Source: Alloascoidea hylecoeti
Lineage: Eukaryota
Direction of reading: 5' to 3'
NCBI GenBank assembly: GCA_001600815.1
Contig: BCKZ01000008.1
Span: forward strand, 186,001-250,000
DNA: 64,000 bases
Below the pieces are notes generated by a model. It did no database searches and had not been told where the DNA came from. It worked only from the letters and a program-made list of their open reading frames with translations. The translations under genes and the position numbers were made by a program. Shown piece by piece: positions 25,265 through 40,775 of this stretch (positions are counted from its first letter, which is position 1; each line of letters starts with the position of its first letter).

Positions 25265-26992
25265 TTAATATTCTTCTTCAAAAGTTGAATCCATTGCAAC
25301 TTCTTCGTAATCTTTCTCCAAACCAGCTAAATCTTCTCTAGCCTCACTAAATTCACCTTCTTCCATACCTTCACCAACATACCAATGAACAAAAGCTCTC
25401 TTTGAGTACATCAAATCGAATTTTTGATCTAATCTTGTCCAAGCATCAGCAATTGCTGTTGTATTACTTAACATACAAACAGCTCTGCTAACTTTAGCTA
25501 AATCTCCACCTGGAACAAATTGTGGGGGTTGATAACAGATACCAATCTTGAAACCAGTTGGGCACCAATCAACCATTTGAATAGTTTTCTTGGCTTTAAT
25601 GGTTGCAACAGCAGATTGGACATCTCTGTTAACAACATCTCCTCTGTATAACAAACAAGTAGCCATATATTTACCATTTTTTGGTTCACAGTTAACCATT
25701 TGATTTGTTGGTTCAAAACAAGCATTTGTAATCTCTTGAATTGAATTGGCTTCATGATGAGCTTTTGATGAAGAGAAAACAGGAGCATAAGAAACCAATG
25801 GGAAATGAATTCTTGGATATGGTACTAAATTAGTTTGAAATTCATTTAAATCAACATTTAAAGAACCAGCAAATCTCAATGAAGCAGTAACAGAGGAAAT
25901 GACTTGGGAAATAATTCTATTTAAATTTGCATGAGATGGTCTAGCAATATCCAAATTTCTTCTACACATGTCATAAATAGCATCATTATCAACCATAAAA
26001 GTACAGTCAGAATGTTCTAAAGTAGCATGTGTAGTTAAAACAGAGTTATATGGTTCAACAACAGAAGTTGCAACCCTTGGAGATGGATAGACAGCAAATT
26101 CCAATTTTGATTTTTTACCGTAATCAATACTTAATTGTTCCAATAATAAAGCACCGAAACCAGAACCAGTACCACCACCGAAAGAATGGGTAAACATAAA
26201 ACCTTGTAAACCACCACAGTTATCGGCTACTTTTCTAACTCTGTCCATAACTTGTTCAATTAATTCTTTACCGACAGTATAATGACCTCTTGCATAGTTA
26301 TTTGCAGCATCCTCCTTACCAGTAATTAATTGTTCAGGATGGAATAAATCTTTATAAGCACCAGTACGAACTTCATCAACCACATTTGGTTCTAAATCAA
26401 CATAAACAGTTCTTGGAACGTATTTACCAGATCCTTGATAAGGTTGTTAGTAGAATGTCCAGAAGGCGAACGACACACCGAAAAATCAAAAATCCTAAAA
26501 GAAAAAAAAATAAACAAAGCCAAAAAAAGGGGGAAACATACCAGTCTCTGAAAAAAAAGTGGTGAAGCCATCGCCACCCTTTGGAGCAGTGAGTCCTTCT
26601 TGTAAATATCCATCAGGCTATTAATTGGTTAATAAATCAATCGGTGGAAAAAAAGAGACCACATTTTTTCAATGATTATTAATGACAGGTCGACAACAAC
26701 AACATACTTGGATTCCGTGCTCAAGGCAGTAAAGCTAGAAAACGCATTAGTATAAACAAATATGAGTGGATTATCAAGAAATACATACTTCCCAGCAAGC
26801 ATTACCAATTTGGCAACCGGCTATGATTTGGTGTTAATGAGATCAGAAAAAAGGAGGGGCTCGATCAGCACTTTTCTATATATTCATACCTTGTCCGACT
26901 ACATAGAATAAAACGCGTTAGTAAGTGGCAACTATAGTGCAGAACACTTTAAGCAAAAGAAACATACCATTAATACTGATAACTTCTCTCAT
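25265..26992 (-). CDS. TUB1: Alpha-tubulin, 6 exons (445 aa)
   Basis: Exons 26992-26968, 26898-26890, 26820-26789, 26734-26708, 26617-26542, 26433-25265 give [34 protein letters not shown]...; GGGTGSG motif; ends EEY. Confidence 0.97.
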
Positions 26993-27286
26993 TTTCGGTG
27001 ATAACTAATACAAATCTTCGGTGTTGTTATGTTTTGAAAAGAAGAATGGCAAAACAGGAAAAACAAATCTTCAAAAACAATGGTCACGTGTATCTATGGT
27101 TGTCATGACAATATTTCAAGTTATATTCGTCCTTTAAAACCAACCCAATTCGCTCGTTTTCCCATTAAATGAGCTGTTCTACATAATACACCTTGGTTGT
27201 ATTGTGTGTCAATAAAAAATCATAACATATTACTTATCATTAAAATCATATATACCAGATATACTTATAAATTATAATTATATACT

Positions 27287-29107
27287 TTATAGACTCCCAA
27301 ACATCTCATCTACGTCAGGTTGGAAACTAACAACGTTTAATTGTAACTGATGTTTTGTATTTTGTCCCAAAACAATTAATTTATCATCTAAAATCTTCAA
27401 ATTCCAGATCTTATCGAATCTCATTAAGCAATTTAATCTTTTAATATTCATATTCCTTAAACTTTTATTTTTAAAAGCAGATGATATTTTTAAGAATGAT
27501 ATTGAATTTCTTTCATCTTTAACTATTAATAAATCTTTTTTAATATCAAATGATATTATTTCATAATTTGGAAATAATGATATTGATAAATGATTATAAT
27601 TTTTATCTTTAATATCTTCAAAATTCCATAAATGGAAATCGCCAAATGGTCCATTAAAGGCTAAATATTCAGTTGTCAATTGTAATTCTCGAGCACCTTT
27701 TGAACCAGGAATTAAAGAATCTGAATACTCATCAATTATATTATTCATTTGAATATTCTCATCATCATCTTCACTATTTTTTAAATTCCATACCTTAATA
27801 TTACCATTAATTAAATGATAACATAACATATATTTATTTAAATCATTTTCATCTTGGGTAATTTTAATAAAATCCACCATTGATTCTTTATTTTTTAAAA
27901 CTTTTAACAATTTAAATGTTTTAATATTCCAAATCTTAATAATTCCATTTCTACTACCATCTGATGTAATCAATAAATCTCCAATAGCATCAATATATTT
28001 AAATCCTTGGCCGTTTAAACCATCATTTGAATTTAATGTTTTTAAACATTTACCAGTTCCATTACTTATATCCCAAATCTTAATCTCATCACCAATTAAG
28101 CTCTCTTTTTTATTACTTGTTAAACAAGAGATTAAAGTTTTTTCATTAATACCTTTAATAAAAGAAAATTTTAAATCATTGTAATTGAAATATGAATTTA
28201 GATTATTATGATTTAAAATTAATTCAATTTTACCATTATCCAAATTCCAAATCTTAATTTCATCACTAGAATTATGATTTAAATTTTCAAATTCATTATT
28301 TGAATTAAAAGAATTTGAAATTAAATAATTATTGTGAATATAAATTTTATAATTATTAAATTCTTTAAAATGATTATTTAAAATGTATAATAGTTTTCCT
28401 TCATTATTGAAAACATATAAATTATGATTATAAAATTTTGAATTTGAATGTGAATTTCTAGTTGATGAATATGATCTATTAATCTTATGATTTCGATTAA
28501 CTAACGGAACAACGACATAATTATCAGATATTATTGGTTTTAATGAACATGTAACCAAATCCTTAAATATAAAATTAATCTTTGTTTTACCATTTGAATT
28601 TATCCAGTTTTTCGATAATAAATGCTCATATTTTGTATTTTGTTTGAAAATTGGGCCTGTAATATTACGTAAAGGTCTTCGTTGTTGATTATAATTATAA
28701 CCATATCGGCTTCGAGGTTTCCATTCCGGTTGTAATTGTTGCATATTACGCGTACACGCACTGGGCCTCTGATTGGAATGCACATTATGATCAGAACTTT
28801 GATCATCATGATTAAGATTATTATGTATCAAATGCATCAAGTTATTATCAACACAAAACTTCTTAAAGGATGATGTAAATTGTGATTTAAGATTTGATCC
28901 GTATGATCCATTTGTTACCGCTGGAACCCCTTGCACAACTGTAGGTTTTTCACGAAGACATAATGATTTCCATGGCTTTTCATCTTGTGTTAAAGAATTC
29001 CATCGTTTAGATACTAAACATGTTGTAGTTAATGTTTTCGCATCATCGATATTTGATAAGATTTGTAAAGATATCTCAACAGGAAAATAACTAAAAGGAT
29101 CAATCAT
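27287..29107 (-). CDS. F-box / WD40-repeat protein (intact, divergent)
   Basis: N-terminal F-box DPFSYFPVEISLQILS...CLVSKRW...W; repeated IKIWN/IKIWD/IKVWN motifs. Confidence 0.85.
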   Translation of the reverse strand: MIDPFSYFPVEISLQILSNIDDAKTLTTTCLVSKRWNSLTQDEKPWKSLCLREKPTVVQGVPAVTNGSYGSNLKSQFTSSFKKFCVDNNLMHLIHNNLNHDDQSSDHNVHSNQRPSACTRNMQQLQPEWKPRSRYGYNYNQQRRPLRNITGPIFKQNTKYEHLLSKNWINSNGKTKINFIFKDLVTCSLKPIISDNYVVVPLVNRNHKINRSYSSTRNSHSNSKFYNHNLYVFNNEGKLLYILNNHFKEFNNYKIYIHNNYLISNSFNSNNEFENLNHNSSDEIKIWNLDNGKIELILNHNNLNSYFNYNDLKFSFIKGINEKTLISCLTSNKKESLIGDEIKIWDISNGTGKCLKTLNSNDGLNGQGFKYIDAIGDLLITSDGSRNGIIKIWNIKTFKLLKVLKNKESMVDFIKITQDENDLNKYMLCYHLINGNIKVWNLKNSEDDDENIQMNNIIDEYSDSLIPGSKGARELQLTTEYLAFNGPFGDFHLWNFEDIKDKNYNHLSISLFPNYEIISFDIKKDLLIVKDERNSISFLKISSAFKNKSLRNMNIKRLNCLMRFDKIWNLKILDDKLIVLGQNTKHQLQLNVVSFQPDVDEMFGSL

Positions 29108-31184
29108 AACTATAGATAGATTTATTAATATATTGAATCTTCAAAATGAATTTGAATTGATAGTGAGAAAAGGGCGGATATCTCTAAACTTTATACAATC
29201 TAAATAAATAACAATTAGTATTATATCTAACTCTACTCCTTTTTGTAAATAATAAAACTTTTAAGAGCTATTATAGATCTTGAGGCGAAGTCGTATCTAA
29301 ATCTAAAAAAGAGTAGATGTCAAATACCACATCTGTGCATCCACATCCTAATCAACTTATGTTAACCTATAAATAATGTTAATATGTTATGCTATATGGC
29401 CCGAATCTTGCAGTAGATTCGATGAAGTAGAGAAGGTATCAAATTTATACATTTGCATATTTAATGTACCTTAAACTAATTATATGCCATTTGCTTCTTA
29501 ATAAAAGTTCATATGCATTGCATATCCTATAAATTAAAATAATTTTTCCGTGGATGTTATTATCAAAAACAGGAAATCTATATCAAAAAAGGGAAATGAG
29601 AAATAAAAATTATTTCAAATTAATTAATAAGAAATATAATTAAGAATTATGCTTACCCGAGAAACCAAATTTTCATAATATTTATTATATGCATTATGTA
29701 TTCTTTCATTTCAATATAGATGCCTTGATTGATTTATTATTGATCAATATATATAATCAATACATTCATTTAAAACATTCAAATAAGTAATGATTTAATT
29801 TAATATTACTCTTGATTCTTGTTGATATGGAAAACGTAATCGAAGTGTATTGTGCGAGTCACATGAACATAATAAATAATATTAACATTACATATTAATA
29901 TAACGTTATAACATGTGTGACAGCTCGAGCTCTAAATGTTACATAATGGTGACGGCTGAGACAGATTATGTAAAGAGCTGCTTCATGGTACACAACCGCC
30001 TTCAATGCGGTATCATGAAGGCTTGAAAATGTCTTTGTCCTGGGTATATATATATATATATTAATATTGTACCATTCGGCTGACTTTTGGTCATTCAACT
30101 TCAGTTGTCTTTGATAAAATGTTTTGGATCATGGTAAATAAATTAAAAATAAGTTCAGCTGGAGGTTCGTTATAAAAATATCGTGTATTATAAAAGTTAT
30201 CTAAAACAAAAACAGCTGGGGCTACAACTATTATGGATACATGAGGTTTAAATAAAGTTCATGACATAATTTATGTCATGGATAACAGTTCTTCTTCAAG
30301 GTATAAGCTATCTACTATCTATAAACCGATATCTTCTATTAGTGCGCCATACTAAGATCTTAAGTAGAACTAACGGGAAGCAACTACGAGTTCATGATGT
30401 CATAACCGGCAAGAGACACCAGTGTTTTGAAGGTTCGTTAGCATTGATCCACATGCAAAAGGATATCTAACCCTTACAAACATAGAATGTATTTAATGTC
30501 GAACAGTTTGCTTCTATGCATGTAGGTTCTTAGCTAATTTTTAAAAATGGCTATAAGCTTGTAATTGAGAATATGCTTTATATAGGTTTTTAATTGTTTT
30601 AATTGTTTTTACATGTAATTATAACATTATGTACAGTTTTAGAAGGTTATGCCTTTTATTTGGATTGTACAATAAGAAGTATTTCCAACTGCCAAATGGA
30701 GAGGTTTTCAGTACATAGACCTATATTAGACCAACCGTTAATTATGTGACTTATATCAATACAGCTGCAGGCTATAATTGCAGGGTACAAAACCTATAGT
30801 TAAGAACTTATAATTAAAGATCCATCATAGATTTACAATTACTAATTTTAAAATTTATATAATACTACCATGGCCAGGCAAGTTATTACCAACTTTGATG
30901 TTTGAAGACATGAGCAATATAAATTATGTTATATATCCATTACCATTGTCTAAAAGCTTACGGTTTAAAAGAAACCTCATGGGTTGATAACTTGGTATTT
31001 AAATGTTGCAACTGCAATATTTATTTTAAAATTTAAAAAATGGATATTAAAATTTTTATCTCGGAAATGAGTCTTCTATGCATATTTCTATATCAAAGAA
31101 ACAGCAATTACTCTTTCTCAGTTTGAGTTTTGTGGTGATAATATAAAGTTGAAAAATATTTAATACTACATGAGGATTATCTGA

Positions 31185-31400
31185 CTCAACCCCACAACGG
31201 GTGAATTTTTAGGCACCAATAATAGCAATAATGATAATGATGGATTGTTTGGATTCTCAAAGACAGAAATCACAGACTAGTTTGCTCAAAAATATATTAA
31301 TACTTTATTTGGTACAATTATTCAAATAATAACAATAACACCAGAATCCTTGTTTGGAAAACCAGCCTCTACGACATCAGGCGGTTATGGTTTATTGATT
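31185..31400 (+). pseudogene. Fragment resembling a GLFG-repeat nucleoporin
   Basis: FLGTNNSNNDNDGLFGFS, LFGT, SLFGKPASTTSGG in broken frames. Confidence 0.5.
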
Positions 31401-32350
31401 TATATGACACAATTGTAATTTGTAATAACAATTTTCCCTTTTGTAAATACCAAATCGGCCGCTTTGCCAAATATTAATATTGTTTGATCTGTTGAGAACG
31501 GCAAATTTCGAACAGTTCTATATTCTTTGCAGTTCTTATAAGTTCACTTTCATGGATGCATATGCATGCAAACTTATATGTCTTTCCACCTAAATTCGAC
31601 AACGTGGTGGACCGAATGTTTGGGCATATTTTGAACTAGATAATCGACTACGTGATATTTGAAGGTCACTAATTTTGGTATGAGCCGTTCAACACGGCTA
31701 GCTAGTAGCTACTAGTAGCTAGGTTATAAATCTGGTAAATTGTGGTAATATAGTAGGTCAAAGACAAGTGTGTAAAAGATTTGGTAGAACCAAATAACTA
31801 ATATTCAAATCTTTCCGAATACTGCCCCAAACTTTTACTTGGAAAATCCCAGGATTAAATTACTTATGTAAATCTACACGTTAATGAATCATCCCATGTC
31901 CGTTTAATATTCAATGAACCTTCATTTACATCATATATGTAAAATGTAAAAATTCAGTTCTGGTTGAGTACGGAGGTGCCGATTGAGATAGAGTGTGATC
32001 AGGAAATAGGTTCCTTTGAATGTCAAGCTGAGCTTAATCGCCAGCTAAAGATAAATATTTTTAGACTTCTGTCTATAATATTTTATAAGTTCTTATAGAA
32101 ACTAGTAGTCAGTGCTAGTCACTTCCAAGTTTAATTCCTATTACTCTTATTTTAGGTCGTGATCTTATTAATATTCATTCGAATTAATGTATAATTACAT
32201 TCTATGAACATATAAACAAATCTTTATAATTAATACATTTTATTATATAAAGCCTTGAACCTTAATTATACAATTTTAAAAAAAATTTATAAATGTAAAA
32301 AATTTATAAATGAAAATTTAAACAGTTGTACATGTGTGACTCTAGTTTTC

Positions 32351-32386
32351 TATTGACAGGATATGACAGCCAATATACTTGTAATC
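32351..32386 (+). repeat. 36-bp direct repeat, copy A (pair with 34096-34131)
   Basis: TATTGACAGGATATGACAGCCAATATACTTGTAATC, 33/36 identical to copy B. Confidence 0.85.
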
Positions 32387-32439
32387 TGATGTTTTCTTAA
32401 GAAAGTATACTCTATCTGTTGATTTAAAATCTAATCGGT

Positions 32440-32772
32440 ATGGTGTTAATTCTCCCGATAAAATGGATTTAAAAGACGATGAGGGTTTTACGGATACAAA
32501 TGGGGATCTTGTATTTGAATGGACACTGAAAGTTCTTGAACAATTTAGAGAAGAGGTTGAAAAATTAGTAATATTAGATTATATTATGAGAAATACGGAT
32601 CATGGTCTTGATAATTGAATGGAAAAAAATCAATAATAAATTAAAACCAATCATCAAATTGGGAGCAATTAATTCTGGATTATCATAGGCATGGAAACAT
32701 CCAGATGAATGGTGTTCATATCAATTTGGTTATTTTTACCATTATCGATTAATAGCCAACCATTTCCCCCAA
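32440..32772 (+). pseudogene. LSB6: Type II PI4-kinase (Lsb6-like) internal fragment
   Basis: QFREEVEKLVILDYIMRNTDHGLDN*M ... KLGAINSGLS*AWKHPDEWCSYQFG; stops and frameshifts; catalytic-domain portion only. Confidence 0.85.
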
Positions 32773-33254
32773 ATTCATGTAATCATTTATCACCATTATA
32801 ATTATGTTCTTCAAATAGTAGGAAGAAAGTAGTTCATTATTTTGTGAAATGTTTAGTCATGCAGAAACTACTCTCTGGAGTAACCAACCAGATCGATATT
32901 GGTTCTCTGGTGTATGTCCTAGCCAATTAAATCTTAATAAAAACACATGTAACTAATGATAAAGCTGTTTACATAAACATTATATTACTTTTCTTATAAT
33001 TTGTTGTTTTTTTGTTATAGCTTTATTCAAATACATGTCTACAACGAAGTCCAATATCAACATCTGATATTTTCATCCCCACATAATTATATTTTTAGTT
33101 GATTGTGTTTAGAGTATAATTCCAGGAAACTTTGATTCCTCTTGATCAACAGCACTGCATATAACTTTATTCTCAAATAAATACTATACCGGTAATCATT
33201 AGGTAAAGCTTTTTTATTACTATATGGGCACATAAGGGTTATAGACACCGTAAT

Positions 33255-33985
33255 AAACAGCACATATGGTATGTTATGTCTGATATATTTAATCCTTTGA
33301 CTCGCGTCTTTAAAGTTTCAAAGATAAATTAATTGTTCTGGATTATCTGAATCGAGTTTTGTATATTTTTAATGTTAATCTTATTAATTTTTAACAAAAA
33401 GGAAGAAGACATAGTTGGAAGTATAACTATTGATTAACTTTTAAAACCAGTACCACCATCAACCAATATTAATTGTACTAAAGTTGTATTTATCCATCTT
33501 CTTGCTTTAACACTATCTAAACCACATATAATAATTCTAATAATATGATTGTTTATCCTGAATTTTTCCAAAAATGATGATGAATGAGCTATCAAACTAC
33601 TTTTGGATATATTAAGAGGCAACAACTGCTTTTGACTTACCTATATCTTCAGGACAAAATAAAATTTGTCGATTTAAATTTGATAAATCAATTGTGTCTA
33701 TATCAATTATATGAATGCTTCTAAAACCTGATAATGAAAGATATTTTAAAAGTTCACATCCTAAACCACCTGCACCAATAATTCTAAAGAAATAGATATA
33801 GAGCACTACATTTTTATTTAATTTGAATGTGAATATTAATGTAAATATTTAAATAAATAAATACTTACAAAATCTTGGCGTTGTGTAAGAAATCAGATGC
33901 TTTTTCTGGTTCATACCCTTCCTCTGTGAATGGTTCTAGCACAGCCAAAGAAGGTTCTAGCGAAATTTCACTATATCAATCATAT
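33255..33985 (-). pseudogene. UBA3: Uba3 (Nedd8/Rub1 E1 catalytic subunit) pseudogene retaining an intron
   Basis: [24 protein letters not shown]...[39 protein letters not shown]. Intron 33868-33784 (GTAAGT..TAG). Frameshifts and deletions. Confidence 0.85.
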
Positions 33986-34095
33986 GTTTTGTTATCGGTG
34001 GTTGGATGTAAACCCAAATCCAAATCCAAACCCCCAAAATTAAATTTAAAAATCAAGAAATACATAAAATCTATGGCACGTCATATAAGTTATAA

Positions 34096-34131
34096 TATTG
34101 ACAGGCTGTGACAGCCAATATATTTGTAATC
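34096..34131 (+). repeat. 36-bp direct repeat, copy B
   Basis: TATTGACAGGCTGTGACAGCCAATATATTTGTAATC, with internal palindrome GGCTGT-G-ACAGCC. Confidence 0.85.
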
Positions 34132-34245
34132 CTGTATTTGGTATCTATCTATCCCATGTATATTATATATTATATAAATCTAGTCCTCTTTTCTTCAAGA
34201 ACAATATTAAATTGTTTGCTAGTTTGTGTTTTTTAAAAAAAAATA

Positions 34246-37234
<2,989 letters not shown>

Positions 37235-37420
37235 TAACAGGTAAACACAAACTTTGGAGGTTTTAAATGTAAATAAAACAAAAAAATACAGATGCACGGG
37301 TGTTTGGGTGTCATTGTGTGTGTGTTTAAGTTGCCACAGCAACACAACTTCTTTTAGTACCGCTTAATTATCAGACTCCAATTGAAATTAACCCTCTTTT
37401 AGTACAAAACAATTCTATAC

Positions 37421-38248
37421 ATGCCTTCCGACTACTCCAAATTTGACCGTTTCATTGTAAACTTCCCTTCGGAATTTATCATTCACATTCAGATAAATCA
37501 ACCCAAAAAAATAAATGCTTATGACACAGAGACATGGACACAATACAGAGATATTTTCAATACTGTTAAATATGATGCTGATGTGAGGTGTGTTATATAT
37601 TCAGGTGTCGGGAAACATTTCACTTCTGGTTTGGATGTCAAACAAGCCATGGAAGATCTGGGTAGTGGTGACATTAATGAAAGATCAAGATTAAAATTAA
37701 GAAACCATATTAGAGATTTTCAAAATGCAATCCATACTCCTTTTACAATTTCAAAACCAGTAATTGGTGTTGCTCATGGGATTTCATATGGTTTGGCTCT
37801 TGATATATTAACTGCCCATGATATCCGAATTGCTTCACGAGATGCTAGATTGTCAATTAAAGAAGTTGATATCGGCTTGACTTCTGATATCGGAACATTA
37901 CAACGAATAGTTAAAATATCTGGTAACATTTCATGGGTTAAACAAATTGCTTTAACCGCCCGTATATTTGATGCCGATGAAGCCTTTCAAAATGGTTTAA
38001 TTTCTCAAGTTGAAGATACCAAAGAAAAAGCAATTGAATCTGCTCTAAATATTGCTAAAATAATTGTTTCTAAAAGTCCTGTTGCTGTACAAGGTACTAA
38101 AGAATCAATTAATTATGCATTGGATCATACAATTAATGATGGGTTGGAACAAATTGCAAATTTTAATTCAAGTGCTATACAAGAAGATACGAAAATTTCT
38201 ATAATGGCGGTTTTATCTAAAGAAAAGCCAATTTTTTCAAAGTTATAA
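37421..38248 (+). CDS. Peroxisomal delta3,5-delta2,4-dienoyl-CoA isomerase (ECH1-like crotonase)
   Basis: FTSGLD, KPVIGVAHG, KEVDIGLTSDIGTLQR, KSPVAVQGTK; PTS1 -SKL. Confidence 0.88.
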   Translation: MPSDYSKFDRFIVNFPSEFIIHIQINQPKKINAYDTETWTQYRDIFNTVKYDADVRCVIYSGVGKHFTSGLDVKQAMEDLGSGDINERSRLKLRNHIRDFQNAIHTPFTISKPVIGVAHGISYGLALDILTAHDIRIASRDARLSIKEVDIGLTSDIGTLQRIVKISGNISWVKQIALTARIFDADEAFQNGLISQVEDTKEKAIESALNIAKIIVSKSPVAVQGTKESINYALDHTINDGLEQIANFNSSAIQEDTKISIMAVLSKEKPIFSKL

Positions 38249-38726
38249 AAAATTATTTAATTATTATAAATATGTTGCAGTAATTGTTTGATAACATTTA
38301 TATACTATATTTAATAACTAGTGTTTAAATCAAAATCTCTAAAATTTAAAGAGATGTGTGAGTAACTCTTTTTCATTTTCGTATTTTGTACTTATTATAA
38401 CGTCCTTAAAATAGTGGATGGACCTGAAATTCAAAAGGAACTAATTGGAACAACTGACGGTATCATTCATTTTTATAAATGGTCATTTCATTGGTGGTAA
38501 TTCAGACCTTCAAGATTTGGTGCAAAAGGATAAAATAATAATTTTTTAATGTAATATATAACAGTAATTGCGTGATAACATTGATTATCCGTTAACGTTA
38601 ATATATACCCTTTTCGGATCATTATTTTTATTAACCTTCATAGTGAGACTGATATATAAACGCTTAATATCTACTTATTTATTTCATATTTCTAGTCATA
38701 TGTCTAATCATATTTATATTCAATAA

Positions 38727-40454
38727 ATGATCAAATCAGTAGCGATCATAGGTGCCGGTGCAGCAGGCATAACAACTTTATATGAACTTTTAAACACTAC
38801 AAATGATCAATCACCTGCATTTGATAAGGTAGTTCTTTTTGAACAAACTGATTCAGTTGGTGGTGTTTGGAAATATCAAAAAAATGCAGATCCTGGGATT
38901 CCTAGTCAATCAGTATTAAATTCAGGTAATTATGATAATCCAAATACGTTAAGACCTTCAAAATTTTCTGATTCAAGTTTTAAATTTCCAACTTTTGATG
39001 AATTAAAAAATGCAAGTTTTAAATCACCAATTTTAAAACCACCTTATTATAATGATTATAAGAATAAAGAAGAAATGAAAATACCTTATTATAACACTGC
39101 AATCTATAAAGATTTATTTACGAATGTTCCCGAACAATATATGCAATTTTCACATACTCCAATTCCTAAAGATTCAAACAAACAACCAAGTACAATTTAT
39201 CCATTACGACCACATAATGAAATGTTAAATTATCTTGAGTATGTTGTTAAAACTAATAATTTATCTCAAAATATAAGATTACAAACTGAAGTTGAATCAA
39301 TTTCAAAACTTAAGAACAATAAATGGAATATAATCTTACGGAAACATTATAATAGAATTAATAAAGAAGATGAATGGTATCAAGAACAATTTGATTCAAT
39401 AATCATAGCAACAGGTCATTATAATGTACCTTTTATTCCTTATATTAGAAATTTAAATTTATATAATGAATTGAAACCAAATGTTATTATTCATAGTAAA
39501 TCATTTAGAAATCCTCAATTTTATAAAAATAAAAATGTTTTAATTGTTGGTTCTCATATTAGTGCTATTGATATTTTACAATATATTTTACCAATTGTTA
39601 AACATGTTTATGTTTCAAGGAATGGACCCAATGAAAAATATGAATGGATTGAAAGGGCAATTACAACAAATCCAAAAATAACAGTAGTTAAAAGAATTAA
39701 ACAATTTAATATTAATAAAAATTTAGATAAAAATTCAAATGAAAATGAATACGAAATTGAATTTCAAAATGGTGAAAAATTAAATAATATTGATAACATA
39801 ATATTTGCAACAGGTTATCATTTTCAATTTCCATTTTTTAAATCAAATTTAATTGAAAAATTAATTCCATCATCATCATCAAATTCAATTAATTATAATT
39901 CGAAAACATTAACAAATTTTTATTTACATACTTTTAATATTAATGATCCAACAATTATTATAAATGGAGTTACTGTTTCACCTGTTTTATGGCCAACTTT
40001 TGAATATATGGCATGTGCTATATCTAGTGTTTTGGCAGGTTTTAAAAAATTACCAACCGTTAAAGAACAAAAAAAATGGGAATTTGAAAGGATAAATAAA
40101 TTAAAAGAAACGCAAAGAAATAAATTAATAAAATCAAAATCAAGTTCAAGTTCAAATTATGATGATGATAAAATTGAATCAAAAGCATTATCTTCATTTT
40201 TATCATATCCAACTGAATCAATTGAGAAAGACTTATTTGATCCATTAAAAAAATTAATTATAAATAATAGAAAACCTTCATTATTATCAGTTGATGAGAA
40301 AGTTTTAAATGATATTAATAAAGGCATAAAATTGGTTGAAGATTTATATAATGGTTTAGTAAATGGTAGGATTCCGATTGAAGAAACAAGATCTATTATG
40401 TATAATGATATCATTGATGATAATGGTGATTTAAAGTTGAAGTCTCGATTATAG
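38727..40454 (+). CDS. Flavin-containing monooxygenase (FMO-like) with PTS1
   Basis: GAGAAG FAD motif, GGVW, ATGHY, HSKSFR signature, VLIVG, FATGY; ends -SRL. Confidence 0.88.
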   Translation: MIKSVAIIGAGAAGITTLYELLNTTNDQSPAFDKVVLFEQTDSVGGVWKYQKNADPGIPSQSVLNSGNYDNPNTLRPSKFSDSSFKFPTFDELKNASFKSPILKPPYYNDYKNKEEMKIPYYNTAIYKDLFTNVPEQYMQFSHTPIPKDSNKQPSTIYPLRPHNEMLNYLEYVVKTNNLSQNIRLQTEVESISKLKNNKWNIILRKHYNRINKEDEWYQEQFDSIIIATGHYNVPFIPYIRNLNLYNELKPNVIIHSKSFRNPQFYKNKNVLIVGSHISAIDILQYILPIVKHVYVSRNGPNEKYEWIERAITTNPKITVVKRIKQFNINKNLDKNSNENEYEIEFQNGEKLNNIDNIIFATGYHFQFPFFKSNLIEKLIPSSSSNSINYNSKTLTNFYLHTFNINDPTIIINGVTVSPVLWPTFEYMACAISSVLAGFKKLPTVKEQKKWEFERINKLKETQRNKLIKSKSSSSSNYDDDKIESKALSSFLSYPTESIEKDLFDPLKKLIINNRKPSLLSVDEKVLNDINKGIKLVEDLYNGLVNGRIPIEETRSIMYNDIIDDNGDLKLKSRL

Positions 40455-40775
40455 CTGTTTATTAATTATATAGCTAGCTAATTGTTAATATTAAGATCAC
40501 AATGATGCACACATACGTCGCCACAAAATTAATAACTTTCTTTCATTATGATATATAGTGAATAATGTAGTAATATTAAGATAGCTGTAGTAATTATTTG
40601 ATATTAATTCATGAATTTCATGGAAAGATTGCTATACGATTGACACGCATCATGACAAACATTCTTTAATTTGCTACTTCATGCTACCTCTTATAATTAA
40701 GAATTTATATATAAATGTGAGAAATGTACAAAGTTTTTAGAATAATATAAATATTTCAAATTAAAAAGTATTAAA

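Noticed and set aside
29970..30020. Hairpin CTTCATGG...CCGC..GCGG..TCATGAAG
   Set aside because: Isolated and imperfect; no family features.
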